64,000 nucleotides of DNA. It comes from Klebsormidium nitens (lineage: Eukaryota; Plantae; Klebsormidiophyceae). The stretch's first letter is position 1. Each line of letters begins with the position of its first letter. The notes below the pieces were generated by a model that worked only from the letters and a program-made list of their open reading frames with translations, did not search any database and was not told where the DNA came from. The position numbers were made by a program, and so were the translations under genes. Location: positions 1 through 64,000 of the forward strand of contig DF237102.1 of NCBI GenBank assembly GCA_000708835.1. The letters run 5' to 3'. Shown here piece after piece: positions 9,171 through 22,176 of this stretch.

Positions 9171-11160
9171 TGGACCACACCTTGCAGATGGCTTCGTTCC
9201 CGGCTCCTCATATAACTATTGGCAAGGTGTGGTCCAAGAAAATCGAAAGTGCTCGCCATATGCTTCTGGATGGCCGGAATGGCCGGCTTGCTCTACGGAA
9301 TGGCTGGACCACACCTTGCAAACAATTCTTTTCAGTTAAGAGCCGAATTCCCACCCAATAACCTTTGGCAACGTGTGGTCCATCAGGACCGAAGTTGCTT
9401 GCCACATGCTTCTGGACGGTCCGTATGGCCGGCTTGCCTTTGCGGGCAGCTGGACCACACCTTGTATACGGTTCTTCTCAGCAAAGAGCCGAATCCTTAA
9501 GAAGTATTGGCAACGTGTGGTCCATCAGGACCAGACCTGCTTGCCAATTGCTTCTGAAGGGCAGGGATGGCCGGTCTACCTTACGAGCGGCTGGACCACA
9601 CCTTGTATACGGGTTCGCCCAACAAAGAGCCAAATCCCTTATAACTATTGGCAACATGTGGTCCATCAGGACCGAAATAGCTTGCCATGTGGTTCTGGAG
9701 TTCTGAATGGCCGGAATGGCCGGCTTGACTTACGATTGGATAGACCACACCTTGTATGAAGCTCGGCCAGGCAAAGGGGGGGAGTTCATAAGAATCTTTG
9801 ACAACGTGTGGTCCAACGGGACCGGACCAAAATTGCTTGCCACATGCTTCTGAATGGCCAGGAGGGCCGGCCAGACTTGCGAACTTTAGAACGGACTGGA
9901 CCACACCTTGCATATAACTTTTGCTAGCAAAACATCAAGCTTCCTAAGAATCTTTGACGACGTGTGGTCCAACGAGCCGGCCGGACCCCAAACTGCTTGC
10001 CATATGCTTCTGGATGGCCGGCCTGACTTGCGATTGGGTGGCCCACACGTTGCTAGAAGCTCGGCCAAGCAAAAAGGGGATCTTTGACGACGTGTGCTCA
10101 AGTCCGGATGGTCGGTCTGACCTTCGAAGTCTGAAACGGGCTGGACCACACCTTGTAGAAGGCTTGGCCCAGCAAAGAGCCGGATCCTCAGTAACTATTG
10201 GCAACATGTATGTGGTCCATGAGGGTCCACCGAAACCGCCTGCCATATGCTTCTGAATGGCCCGGATGGCAGGTCTTACAGACGGGGCTGACTCGTGATT
10301 GGCTGGACCACACGTTGCAAATGGCATTCTCTAGCAATAGTAGGGAGGTTCATTACATTATTGGCAAGGTGTGGTCCAGCTTTTGGCAGATGCCGCAACG
10401 GATAGTCTGAATTTCGAGAAGGGTTGGACCACACCTTGTATAAGGTTCGGCCTAGCAAAAGAGCTGGGTTCCTAAGAATCATTGACAGGGTGCGGTCCAA
10501 GAGTTTCAAGGGCCAAACTTGCTCGCCATATGCTTCTAAATGACAGGGATGGCCGGTCTGACTTCCGAACGAACCAGTGGACCACACGTTGCACAAGGCT
10601 CTCCCTAGCGTTTCTTAAGTATCATTGACGACGTGTGGGCCAACAAGCAAAAACCTGCTTGCCACATGCTTCTGAATGGCCGGGATGGCCGGTCTGACTC
10701 ACGAACGAACTGAGTGGACCACACCTTGCATGAGGCTCTCCCCAGCGTTTCTTAAGAATCATTGACGACGTGTGGTCCAACAAGCAAATCCTGCTTGCCA
10801 CATGCTTAATCCAAATGGCCGGGATGACCGGTTTGACTTACAAAACAGAACAGTGGTTGGGATGGCCGGTCTGACTAACGAGCGAATCAGCGGACCACTC
10901 CTTGCACGAGGCTCTCCCTAACATTTCTAAAGAATCATTGACCACGTGTGGTCCACCAGATAAAACCTGCTTGCCACATGCTTCTGAAGACCTAAATAGC
11001 CGGTCTGACTTACGAACGAACCAGTGGACCACACCTTGCACGAGGCTCTCTGTAGCATCTTTTAAGAACTATTGACCCCGTGTGGTCCAATCGTGACGAA
11101 GCAAAATCTGTTTGCCACATGTTCTAAGTGGCCGGGATGGTTGGTCTGACTCATTGCTTC
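9171..11160. repeat. Tandem array of ~14 units of ~120-175 bp, each containing the inverted pair TGGACCACACCTTGC ... GCAAGGTGTGGTCCA
   Basis: TGGACCACAC-like cores at 9171, 9305, 9451, 9592, 9741, 9897, 10039, 10142, 10304, 10425, 10578, 10715, 10891 and 11025. Perfect 15-bp inverted repeat at 9171-9185/9222-9236. Confidence 0.92.
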
Positions 11161-11698
11161 TAAAAACGTGGGCTGGCATGGGGGCCCAAGTGTCACCAAG
11201 ATCTCATATATTTTGCTGAGTCACTGATTCTGAGTTCTCATCAAGACTTTGCTGGCCATGCTATGCATTGTCAGCCTTGCGTATAGTTGGCACGAGTTGA
11301 CAGCTCACTCGGTCATCTTTGACACTTCTAGAATTAAAAGATGATCTAGAATCCAATCGTGATCAAGGTTTGCTGACTCTGGCTGTGGCATCGGAAATTG
11401 CTCACCCCACTGAAATCACAACCTTATTGCTAAGGTCATCCGGCAAATGAAAGGAAGCCATCATCCTGAGTGTGCCGCTGGTAAGCTACAATATTCGGTC
11501 CGGATATGGTCAAAGCCGGGACCTCCACTGAACGTATAACTGGTGTAAGATCTGACACACCAGTGGCTATGGAGTGCATTGAAGAGAACGCACCTGACAT
11601 GATTCTCAGCTCGCTGTCAGATCCCGCCCCTCTGCCGCCAATGTCCCTTATGCTTGGCAGCACCAGTAGTAGTAGCTAGTAAAGTCCTTGAATTGGTG

Positions 11699-11940
11699 GC
11701 AGCTGAGAATCACAATTCGCAAGCTGCCCTTCGCCTTTCGCAGGCCCTTTTCTTTGCTGCGGCAGGGGCCAATCCACTGTCACTGCGTCCCTCATCCGGC
11801 AGCCGCCAGACGAGCTGTCCTTCACGTTTTGCAGGCCCTCTTCTTTGCTGCACGGCATTGGCCAGTCCACTAGTGTGCGTCCCTGACTCTTGCAGCCGCC
11901 AGACGAGCTGCTCTTCACGTTTCGCAAGCCTGGCAAATGC
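11699..11940. repeat. Three degenerate 93-bp direct repeats
   Basis: GCAGCCGCCAGACGAGCTG at 11799 and 11892, with a weaker copy from ~11699. Confidence 0.6.
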
Positions 11941-14687
11941 AGTGTGCCAGAGCAAACCTTCCAGGCTCAGTTCAGTGACTCTGTGGCCCATAGCTTATGG
12001 CATTCCCAGTCAAACCGGGCACTCCGCGTGCAGTTCGGCAGAATCGCCTATCGACGGCGCTCATAGAAACCCTGCTCATCGGACGGTGAAGAGAGTTGGG
12101 TGGGATTTGAGACTCGCGCCGCCCCGCGGCTGCCTAGTGGCCTGAGTAAAACTTCGCCGCGCAGCCGGGGCGGCGGCCCGGCCATTCCAAGCGCGGCGCG
12201 CGCAGCGCGCGGCCTGGCTACTGCCAGCCCGGCGCGGCCCGCCTCCGATCGGACGCGGGCGGCGCCCATTGAGCGCTGTGCGGCGCCGCTGCCGCGCATG
12301 GGCATTGCCAGCATCCGATCATAGGGCACCAGCATTCTGTTCTTGTCACCATACAATTCAGTGATCTATCAGCTGGAACGCTGGTAGACGCCCTTCTGAA
12401 GCGCAATGCCGTTAGTTTTACGCTGTACGAAGAAGTGCTGAGGCAGTTAGAGCTGAAGCCCAGCTGAAGTTGCAAGTTCAGTGCTGGACATTCTTAGGTG
12501 GGGCCTACTGCTTTCTGTTGGTTGAAGTTCGGCTTTGCCTTTTGCTGATTTGCCAATAAGTTTGCTGTGTCATAGAGGGGCTGTAGAGAGTTTAGGATTG
12601 GTTTCCATTTACCTTACCAGTTAGTTCTGTCCGGATGGCTGCCAAAAACTCCTTAGGTTTGCTCAAAAGTACAGGGCACTCCATCCCAGATCTGGGCAAA
12701 AGCCCTGGGCAGCAGCTCAGTGCAGCGCTGTTTCAACTTGTGTCCACCAATGAGGAAAGCAGTGTCTGGCAGTTTGAGGAGCCCTTGCTACTACATCACA
12801 AAGAACCACAGACAGGCGGGCTCGACCAGGCCGACAAAGCACGAGTGCGTGTTAACCATCGTTGCTCCAAAAGCTTTTGACTGTCTCAAGGCGTATATGT
12901 ACTATGGGCTGATTAAGAACACATCAGGCAGCAAGCCGATGCAATATCAAAAGTACTACAGCACTGAGGACAACTTCATGCGCAGCATGAATCTGAGGTT
13001 TGGTACGGCGCATTCGCTTGGAGTTTTGAAAGGAATGCTAACAGCGGCAAAAAGCAAGCGGAAGCAAAAGGAGAAGAATGCAATGGCGGTGAAGATCTTA
13101 AGGAGCAGCTACACCAGCAGCTGCCGCTAGGTGAGAGTGCTCCATAGAATTTCTCCGCTCCTTTCAGTGACCTGAAACTTCTGCTTTCCAACGTAATTTG
13201 CACCGCGAAGATGTCACCTTCTAAGTGGGGGTTCAAAGTACGCCCCATTGAAGGTTGCCAAAGCTCTTTCCGCTGGTAAGGCATACACAGAATCAGAGCA
13301 TGCGGTCCGCGTGATTCATGCAGATCCAAGCAAGAGGATGTATGTGATTGAGCTGGGACATATGACGGTGGATTTCAGATAACCTTCTTACAGGCAGACA
13401 AGAGGGGGTGGAAGCCGGAAATGCCCCACCAAGAGAAGAGCATCGGCAGGAGCAATGGTCAAATGGGAACTTGCAATATACATGATTAGGGATCTCTTTC
13501 AAGCCTTCTGATTTTCTTGTCTCCAGTGCATCTCCGGAAGCCCCCCAAATGGCATCGAGAGGACTGCCTGTTGCGACTACTACTGTGCCGCCTTCTCAAG
13601 ACCAGCATGAGGTAAGCGTGACAGCGTATTATGAACTTCATTTGGCAGGCTGAGGGGCAGATTGACGGTGCATCAGAGCAGTCAGGATGCATCTGGTTGT
13701 AGGCATACCATAATGTCACCTGATGGACCAACCACCTAGCAGCTTTGTGCACCCGACTCGACACTCAAGACAGTGAATTGCATAGTAGATCAGCATGCAG
13801 GAGTAATAACAGGGTAGGTCATACTCCAGCGTTCATCGATGCAACCAGTGGTTGCATAGGGTGTTTTGTGTCAGATTCAAAAAACGGAGGTGTAACAGAT
13901 GTAGGTTCATAAGAGACCCATCATTCCAGTTTGACCTCTCACCCTGGCCCGACAAAACCCTGGCCAACCTTGCTCTATTCTGCTGGTGCCTGCAGCCTAC
14001 TGACGTCGGACCCCAAGAGGCTGCGCAAGCGGGTGCGCAAGCAACTTGGTTGCTGCAGCCTGGGGCCGTAGCGTCTCCTGCTCGCCACAGAGAAGCTGCT
14101 CAAGCGCTCTTGACACTGGCGCAAGACCGGGCGGAGCATGACTGCTCTTGCGGGGTGGGAGCGGTGACGGGCGTCGCACTGATGGACAACAATATTGACA
14201 GATGCCTAACATTGGGCAAACGGTCGATGCATGTGAGTCTCATATGTGTGGGATTTACAATCTTACAAGTCATGTTGACGGGTTAAGACCTGTGCCAAAT
14301 TGCTTTCGTGTCACCAGCATCCCATCGCTGGTTGATCGCTTGTTGAGATTGTCACAACTTATTGACTGTGATTGCTCTACTGAAGCCTGTCCTTGGTTTG
14401 TTCGCTTTTCGGTGATCCTTGTGATGAGCAGTTGGGCATCTTCCATGATGCGTTCTCCCCTTAGCATTATCCGCTTTCCTTGCGGAGAACTTCTAAACCT
14501 TCACGACTTGTCGCTCCCTCTTACCAGTCAGGTTACGACAGAGCCAGTAGCTTGCCCCTCGTGAGGTAGCTTCGCGATACTTCTCTCAGATATTTTGTCC
14601 CCATTTCCTCCCGTTCATTGAGTTCTCGGTGAGTTTCTTCCACCACCAACACGCTGCTGTCACTGAATCTTTACCCTTTTTCTGTAG

Positions 14688-16492
14688 GAAGAAGAAACCA
14701 AGTCGAAGACTGAAGCAGATGCCAATGAGCACCACTTGGAGACGGCGGTGACGTCAGCCAGGCCGACGGTGACGTCTGCCGTGCTGCTAGCTGGGGAGGC
14801 CGGGAAGGAGAAGCTGACGCGCACACGGCACGAAGCCATCCAGGAAGGGTGGGGTCGAGATGTTGCCCGAGACAAGAGAGCGCGCAGTGCGGTACGGACA
14901 ACTAGGGCGGAGAGCCGGTTGGCTGAGGAGAGGGCACGTGTCCCAACGGAAGCTGGGGAGTCGCATGCTGTGACAGAGAACATGAAAGTAAGATGCAAGC
15001 GATGCCTCTCTTTAATTTCGAGTCCTAACAGAGTTCTCAGTTGGACATTCTCCTTCAAAGGTGTCTGTCGTTTCGTGTTTTTGAAGCCAACAACGGGCTT
15101 GACAATCCGGACTGAGATTGCGCTCTTCGTTTGGGCCCCTGCTTGAGGTGCCGTGGACAGGTGGTTCGAGATGCGCAAGCTTCGCGGAGGCTCTCATTTC
15201 AGAGCGTGCTCAATCTACTTCCAAACCAGCCTGCTTCTTTGAGCTGCAGGCGACTCTTTCGTGCTATTACTTGCAAGACAGATGCCTTTGGTTGACTTCA
15301 TAACCTTTGGGATGTGGATTTGTTGGTGACGTCACTGTATGTGGCAATCTGGTGATGCATATCAGAGTCGAAAGTGAAAACCTCTTAAGATCGAGGCCAT
15401 GAGTCTCCAAAGATTTTTTGAAAGAGCTTGAGCGGACCGCCAAATCCGGTTGGATTCGGTTTTCGGGTTCAGTTGCTGAAATTCAAGTGCTCTGAGCGTA
15501 CGAAGTTCGGTTCAATGCAGATGAAGGATCCGGTGGGCGTCGAGTCCTGCCCCGAGTCGGGGGCGAGTTGCGCTGCTTCCGTCACCGAGCCGGCTGCAGA
15601 GAACCCCCAACCCGCTCAACTGGACTACATGGAGCTACCTCAGCTTCTCTGCCTCAAGGACCGGACGGGGATTGTCCTGGGCGACATGCTCGGGGGAGGT
15701 TCTTTTGGGACGGTCTACGAAGCTTCGCTGAAAGGCAGTCAGTGGCCTGCATGGCTTCTGGAATTGGATCTGGTTGTTAAAGTCGTTCGAGACAATGCTT
15801 CCGGAAACGGAGGCGGGGGAGTCAGTCGGGGACGTGTTTTTGATGAGTTTGTTCTGGGTTCGGTTCGTCATCCGTCCCTCGTTAGCTGTCTCGGATTCAC
15901 ACAATCGTCTCCGTTTTGGGCGCTTTTCGAGCGGTGTGATTGCGGCTCCTTGTGGAAAGCTTTGAAGGGGAGCCGAAGATCCGAGGCGAAAGCCCGTCTC
16001 CTCGAGGAGGTCAGAAGTGAAGGGGTCAGACTTGTGGTCCAGTTAGCGGAGGGCATTAGCTGCTTACACGGACAGGGACTTCTCCATTGCGATCTGCACG
16101 AAAAGAACATCCTGCTTCACTACGGGAAGGACAGAGTTTTGAAGCTTCGCATAGCAGATTTTGGTTTGTGCACCAGGGTCTCTGATCGCCGGTCGCATAA
16201 GCTTATACGTCCGCAAGAGCGGGAAACTTACAGGAAGCAACGTCCCCATCATATTGCTCCGGAACTCATAACCGGTGGAGACTATTCGTCTGCATCGGAC
16301 ATGTGGGCCGTAGGTTTCATCGCAGAAAAGTTGCTTGGTCTGGATAGATGGACGGGTAATCCAACGCGGGGCGGCAGGAAAACCAAACTTTCCTTTCGTG
16401 CTCTTCAAAGCATCGGCAAGTGCTCGTCCCCAGAGGGTGCCGTTAGACCAGCCGTGACTGACTTTCTAAATTTATTTAGGAGTGAACTTTGA
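14688..16492 (+). CDS. Protein kinase (TKL-like, non-RD); exons 14688-14987 and 15521-16492, further 5' exons likely
   Basis: LGGGSFGTVY, VVKV, HCDLHEKN, ADFG, APE and SDMWAVG motifs. Phase-0 exon 14688-14987 (TAG|GAA ... AAA|GTAAG) splices to GCAG|ATGAAG at 15521. Confidence 0.85.
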
Positions 16493-17769
16493 ACTCGGTA
16501 TACAAACGTGTTTACAAACGTGTCTGGCTTAGCCGAAAAGCGTCCCATATGATGGTTGTCGAAGAACGCATCCTCTTGGTACTCACTTTAAACCGTGTTG
16601 CTGTACGACGAATCCTTGCCATGATCACGATTTAGATACTTCACAGAGCCATGCAAATGGCACATCCGTCTAATTTTGTTTATTATAGCATACTGTGCAA
16701 TTCTCGAACCGGCATACAATTAATGATGCCTCCGCATTACTAGTACTAAGATTCAAATTCAGCAACACATGTACAATACATATTGAAAGAACGACGGTGC
16801 TGACCGGGCACATTTGATATATGCAGCCATGCTTACTGTACGGTACAAAAGCCCATCTGTCAAATCATATATAAAGTTAAGTATACTTAGACTGAAGCCA
16901 GATCGCGGCAATCTGATTCTTCATACGTTTCTGTACCCTAGTGATAATTGCATTAATTCCGGCCAGAATCTGTATACTATTGAACAACGATTGCCATGCC
17001 TCATTGCAGTTCTCTCGGGTTCTTACAGCATAGCGGCTAGCATGCAAAGCAACTTACTATAGCGCTTGTGATAAACGGCAATAAACGTTCTCCATATTGG
17101 GGCGGAGATTATGCTGAAAACGCGCAATGATCAAGTTGTACGGTGGATTCATGTGCAGCCGGCCTTCTAACATTTGCATCCATGTGCAATATAATAGCAA
17201 GCGACCTGTCCAGTGGTTCACTTGCGCATGATTAAATAGATGCTTGTATAAGCGTGTAATAATCTGCGGCTTTCGTATTTAATGGACTTGCGTATGTTGC
17301 CAGAATGAATTCCCGACTCTCTTCATTGCACTTCCGAATTGTTCAGTATACTTCTGTATGTCGGACTAGCTAGATATACAACGCCACCAACCTAGCTGCC
17401 ACATGTATTGTGGCATGTCACATGCTAGCAAGCGCTAAAAGCAGAAAACAATGATGTCTCCCGGTCTTCCTCGCCCCCCTTAGCTTGAACTAGTAGCATC
17501 ACCATCTTGTAGAACAGTATGAAACGCCGAACTTAAGTACTGATTCGACAAAAGTGCACGTCCATTGTCCAGGACCTGGCAACATATCAACATTGGAAAC
17601 GCGTGCAAAACGCTGCCGACAGTGAAATCAGCTCGGAAACTCGATGCATGAATACAATGATTACAATCGTAAACTGACCGGCGGCAGCTCCAATGTAAGT
17701 TCAGAGTTCAGCTTCAAAGTTCTTCAACTCTCGTGAATAATTTAGAGCTGAGAACAAACCCAACCCTTC

Positions 17770-20700
17770 TCACGAGTCTCCTCCGCTAGAGTTTAGAAAC
17801 TGATTGATTACATCATCTGAACTGAATTGCTCGTTCGAAGCGCCGTAGTCGCATGGCGCAGCCTGGCTCTGAGCCCCCGATAGCGGGTCGGGCCCAAACA
17901 ACGGGTCGTCCAGATCGTAGGAGTCTTCAACCAGTAGACGGTTGCCCGGCTGCTCGTCCAAGGAACCGTCGACGTATCCTGCTCGTAAAAGGAGCGGAGG
18001 ATGGCCGCAAGCTCGTCGGGCATGGGCTCCGCTTCGTCGTCGATCCCGGCATTCTGGTCGCCTTCCGGCGCGGCCCTGGTTGGGTCGGAGGAAGAGGCTC
18101 CCGTGTCGGGGTTGGCAGCCGTTGGAGCGGCGACCGCTCGAGGTGTGGGCTCGATCGCTCGGACGGGCTTTGGGCGGAGCAACCCTGAAACGAAAAGCAA
18201 GCGTTCTGTGAGTTCGTCTGACTCTGACGCCAGTCTCTTTTCTCGTGCCACCATCTGCCGACGTCATTCTTTGCTCGCGATGACGGAGAATCAGCAATTA
18301 ATTGCAGGCCACTTCTCTGCATAAACGGCTAATGATTGGGGTCATGTGTCACGCTCACAACCTACCAGATCCATTGCAGAATAAGGGCTATCAAAATGAG
18401 TTCTCGAAAAGCCTGGTTTAGATCTCTGCAAGTCGTGTGCCTTAGCAAGGCATATGACGAGAATCCAAAGCATATGACAAGATTTCTGTGCGCTTTTGAG
18501 ATGTACCTGGTTTGCAGCGACTGATGGTAAGTTTTGACCTTGGCCATCATCTCGAGGGTGTCCGTGCGAAGCCGGTTCCGCTTGTCGTTTTGCATCCACC
18601 CCATCATGCTAAAGACCCGTTCCACACCGCCGGCGTGGGGGGTGATGTCAAACATGATGATTGCGAGGGAGGGGAGGTGGCTGTACTCGGCCGAACGCAG
18701 CGATTCCCAGTACAAGCGAGGCTAGAAGTCCACCACCGAGGCTTGCAGGTCGAACGGAGGACGGCCCGCCTTGTACTGCTGCATCTCGGCCGTCAGCTTC
18801 AGGACTGCCTCACGTCCGTGCCCGTAATTCTTCCAGATCTTTCCCGCCTACATTCCAAGAACACGAGATGGCGTCAAAAGACCGTGCAAGAAGATTGCTC
18901 CGTCGAACATGCTCGGACAGCTCATTGCCATTCCCAAAGCCAACTGATCCGGATTCACATTCAACCGCTGTTCAGAAGCAGATTTGGCCGGATCTCCGCA
19001 AAAGGGTTCCTTCAGTCAGATTGTGCATCTCGAAGACGACTGGGTTGAGCGGCTTAAGATTCTGCACCCTTCAAGCGTTCTTGAAGGAGAGACCCCCGCT
19101 TCTGAGTACGGCCAGAAGGATTATGAGGCTACTTTCAAATCAGCTTTGAAATCGAAACGATTTGACGAAAGAAATCTGTCTCCCATCATAATCTCCCATG
19201 CTCAAAGCGGCGAAGAACTTTTCTGTTCGATGCATATATTCTGAACCCGCTCATCAGAATCGGCAAAGTTGAAGGTTCGCAATTCAACTTGACGCGAGTC
19301 CTTTCTTTCCTAAACACCCATGCTTCTTAGCCTGTTAATGATGCTCAGAACGGGGCAGAGCAAAACTCCAAGGCCCCCAAGAGACTAATAGAACTCAGCA
19401 TTGTGAATGAGCGCGCATACAAACTTGCTAATCAAAAACCGAACCGAAATTTTGACTAAATGACAAACGTGAAAGCCGTGCGGCTTACCGTACGGCAGAT
19501 CTCCGAGAACTTGGACCGCGCATTCGCTGCCGCACGGTAGTGAGGGTGCAGAAAGAGCGCCAGGTGGTACTCCGGCTTGTCCATATCAGCCCAGCGCTTG
19601 TTGAAGGCGCGGACGAGGTGCTCGCGGTACGCGAGGTCCACCGAGGTGTCGTCGTACACCTTCTTGACCTTCTGGCCCAAGTAGATGCCATAGCGGAAGA
19701 TATCCGCCAGTGTGGCGGTCCGCGACTGGACGGCCATGACCACCTCGCTGAACGGCTGCATGACCGTACAGAGGGTTTCGAGCTTGGACCAGAACCCCCG
19801 GCTTTGAATGATGGCCTTCGGGTCTGCAGCGCCCCGACGGGGTGCGGCAAAGGCCTCCGGGTGACGGGCTACCACAGCCTGCAGGGGCCGCTCGTTGTCC
19901 AGTACCGACTGGAGACAGTCGTGCACAGAGGTGAAGCGGGTCTTGTTGGAGGAGTGCAGGCCCGTCGTGACTTTCTGCTCCGTGGCAATTGCGCTCAAGA
20001 GCGCAAGAGGGCGGTGGCTGGCCTTGATGTAGGTAACGACACGCTGCGCGTCCGCGACCACAGGCGCCGCAAACTCGTGGCCGAGACTTGACCCAATGAA
20101 GTGGCTGAAGCCGTGCATTCCGCACCTGCACATAGGCTGACGTCAGCACTAACGACTATGGCAGACACGTTGGTGCGGCTTTAAGTACAGCGTATCAAAA
20201 TCGCAGACCAAAAAAGCATGCCCAAGCAGCTGTTATTTACTGCCACTACTGAGGAGTACATGTAAGGTGGCGGTCATCTTGTGCAGGATGGCTTCTTTAA
20301 AAGACCAGATGCCTCAGAGAGACATGCCATCAGAGCTCCCCACAAGAAACCGCATCACATCGGTCAACGTTCGCAACATATGGCAAAAAAACTTCACCGA
20401 AAAACAACCCTACCATCAGTGGGAGTGCTGCTTGAAGGTCCTGCCAGGTACTGTGCAACAAGCGTGTATGCGCTCGTCAACTCTGCATTGAAAAGGTTGG
20501 AACATCAAAAGGACAATTGCAGCAGGTTCGCTTACGGAAGCTCGAGCATGTGCTTGGCCTCGGGGAGCTCGACGATGATCCTCCGCAGCTTCTTCATAAC
20601 GTTGGGGTTGTCGGTCAGGAGGCAGATGAAGTTCTTGTAGCCGTACTTCTCGAGCCAGATGCGGACTCTGCCTGCAGCATGACACACCTGTCAGTTGATT

Positions 20701-22176
20701 CTGATCAGCAGTTTACATAGCTTTCTGTCCTCTATAAATCCCATCAGAGTTCTTATCTTGGCAAGCTGCTAAAAAAGCATCCTCTATGAGACATATGAGA
20801 CATGAAGCAAGAGGACAAAGCAGGATAGAATGATTATTTGCTGAAGCCCTATGACAAACGCTGGCGCACAGAGTGTCCTGAGGCATGTACCAACTTTCAC
20901 CAACACCTTTAGGAGCATCTCTAAGGACTGCTGGTGAGCTGCTGAGTACTTGAGGGGTGGGCTCACTCGCAATGTTCTCGCTGGTATGCTTTTCATCGGA
21001 GAAATCTTCCGTCCCAAAGAGATGGGATACCCTGTCTGGGAACGAGCCAACAAAGGCATAGATTGACCTCTTCCAGGCGTCCGTCCAGCCGTCCAACGTC
21101 AGTGTGACGTGTCCCTGGCTCTCGACCTTCTTGCGAACAGCCAGCTCGACTCTTGCGGCCTCTTCCAGCAATGTCGAGTGGCGCAACGTGTAGTCCCCTG
21201 CAGTAAGAGTGACACGCACTTCGTTTGCCTTTTCTTGCCAGACTAGATTTGATAGGTGGCACCAAAGTCAGGTCTTTATGTAGCTGTCTGAAAAGTCAAA
21301 CGGTGTCAATGCATCGGCATATTGTCAGTATTCAGGCTCTAAAGTGGCTCCGGAAGTCAAGAAGTTGCTTGAAGAAAGGCTGAATTCACCTGTCTCGGCG
21401 CCGTAGGCTGTCAGAGCACAATCAAAATCTTCACTGTCAGTCGTTGACTGTGTGGCACATGCTCTCAGTTGCAGATTCCAAGATTATTTCATTGACAATC
21501 AAGCTTGAAAAGAATGCTCACCTGCAGGGGCATAGTTTGGTCTCAACGCCCTTACAAAGTCCAGGAAGTAGGGATCACTGGCCACCATGAAAGGAATGTT
21601 CCGCATGACAAAGAGCATAAGCAGCTTGTGGTCATATATCTTCTTCTGCTGCGGAAGCACAGATGCTGTGTCGACGTGGTAGCTGATCTGCTTCTGCTTC
21701 AGTGATGCGGGCGCATCTGCTTTTGGCCTCTTCCCCTCAAGGACATAGTCCTTCTCGCTGGCTGGCACCTTGGCAGCAAGTATTGCCAGCTGATTTAGCT
21801 TCACATCATCAGGTGCGCTTTTGCAAGCCCTTGCAATATGCTTAACTGCATCCTCAACCCTGCTTTTAAACTCCGTTGCGCAGTAGGTGCACTTCACCCA
21901 GTGACGCTTGTCAGCTGTCTCCCTGCCGCCCTGCAGCTTTGTGTAATGACTCCAGATCTCGTTCTGAGGCCGCCCTCTCTTCTGCACACCAACAACTGGT
22001 ACTGCAAAGCTCGTTATCTGTGACTGTTGTGGCTGATGGTTGGGCAGCTGTGTTGAGCTTGTCACACCACTACTGCCACCTGATGCATTGCTGCCAGCAG
22101 CAGATCCTGGAGAAGTAGCCTGACCAGTGCCATTGACAGCTCCTTGCATCACTGGATTAACACCAGGCGTGCTCAT
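17770..22176 (-). pseudogene. hAT (Ac/Tam3-type) transposase with BED finger; exons 22176-21522, 21197-20967, 20671-20536, 20125-19489, 18847-18507 and a degenerate last exon
   Basis: BED finger IWSHY...KCTYC...HIARAC; LTLDGW, LTDN and CGMH (CxxH); TRF; LALFLHP; dimerisation domain YW..LA..VERVFS. All exon phases are compatible. In-frame TAG at 18722-18724 and frameshifts in the tail. Confidence 0.9.

Larger units (their letters stand above)
4542..11160 (-). mobile_element. KDZ-superfamily DNA transposon (transposase + nested cargo + putative subterminal array); ends not defined
   Basis: Transposase gene with a repeat array starting ~130 bp upstream of the likely start. No TIR/TSD pair identified in the window. 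Confidence 0.6.

Noticed and set aside
9074-10596. Many short ORFs over the array
   Set aside because: They are by-products of the tandem repeat on both strands with no domain signal.
9171-11160. CRISPR-like repeat/spacer appearance
   Set aside because: The intervening sequences are homologous to each other rather than unique, the cores alternate in orientation, there are no cas genes, and the context is eukaryotic.
12330-14560. Additional exon-like segments upstream of the kinase
   Set aside because: Splice-like sites are present, but I could not build a stop-free phase-consistent chain, so they were left out of the gene model.
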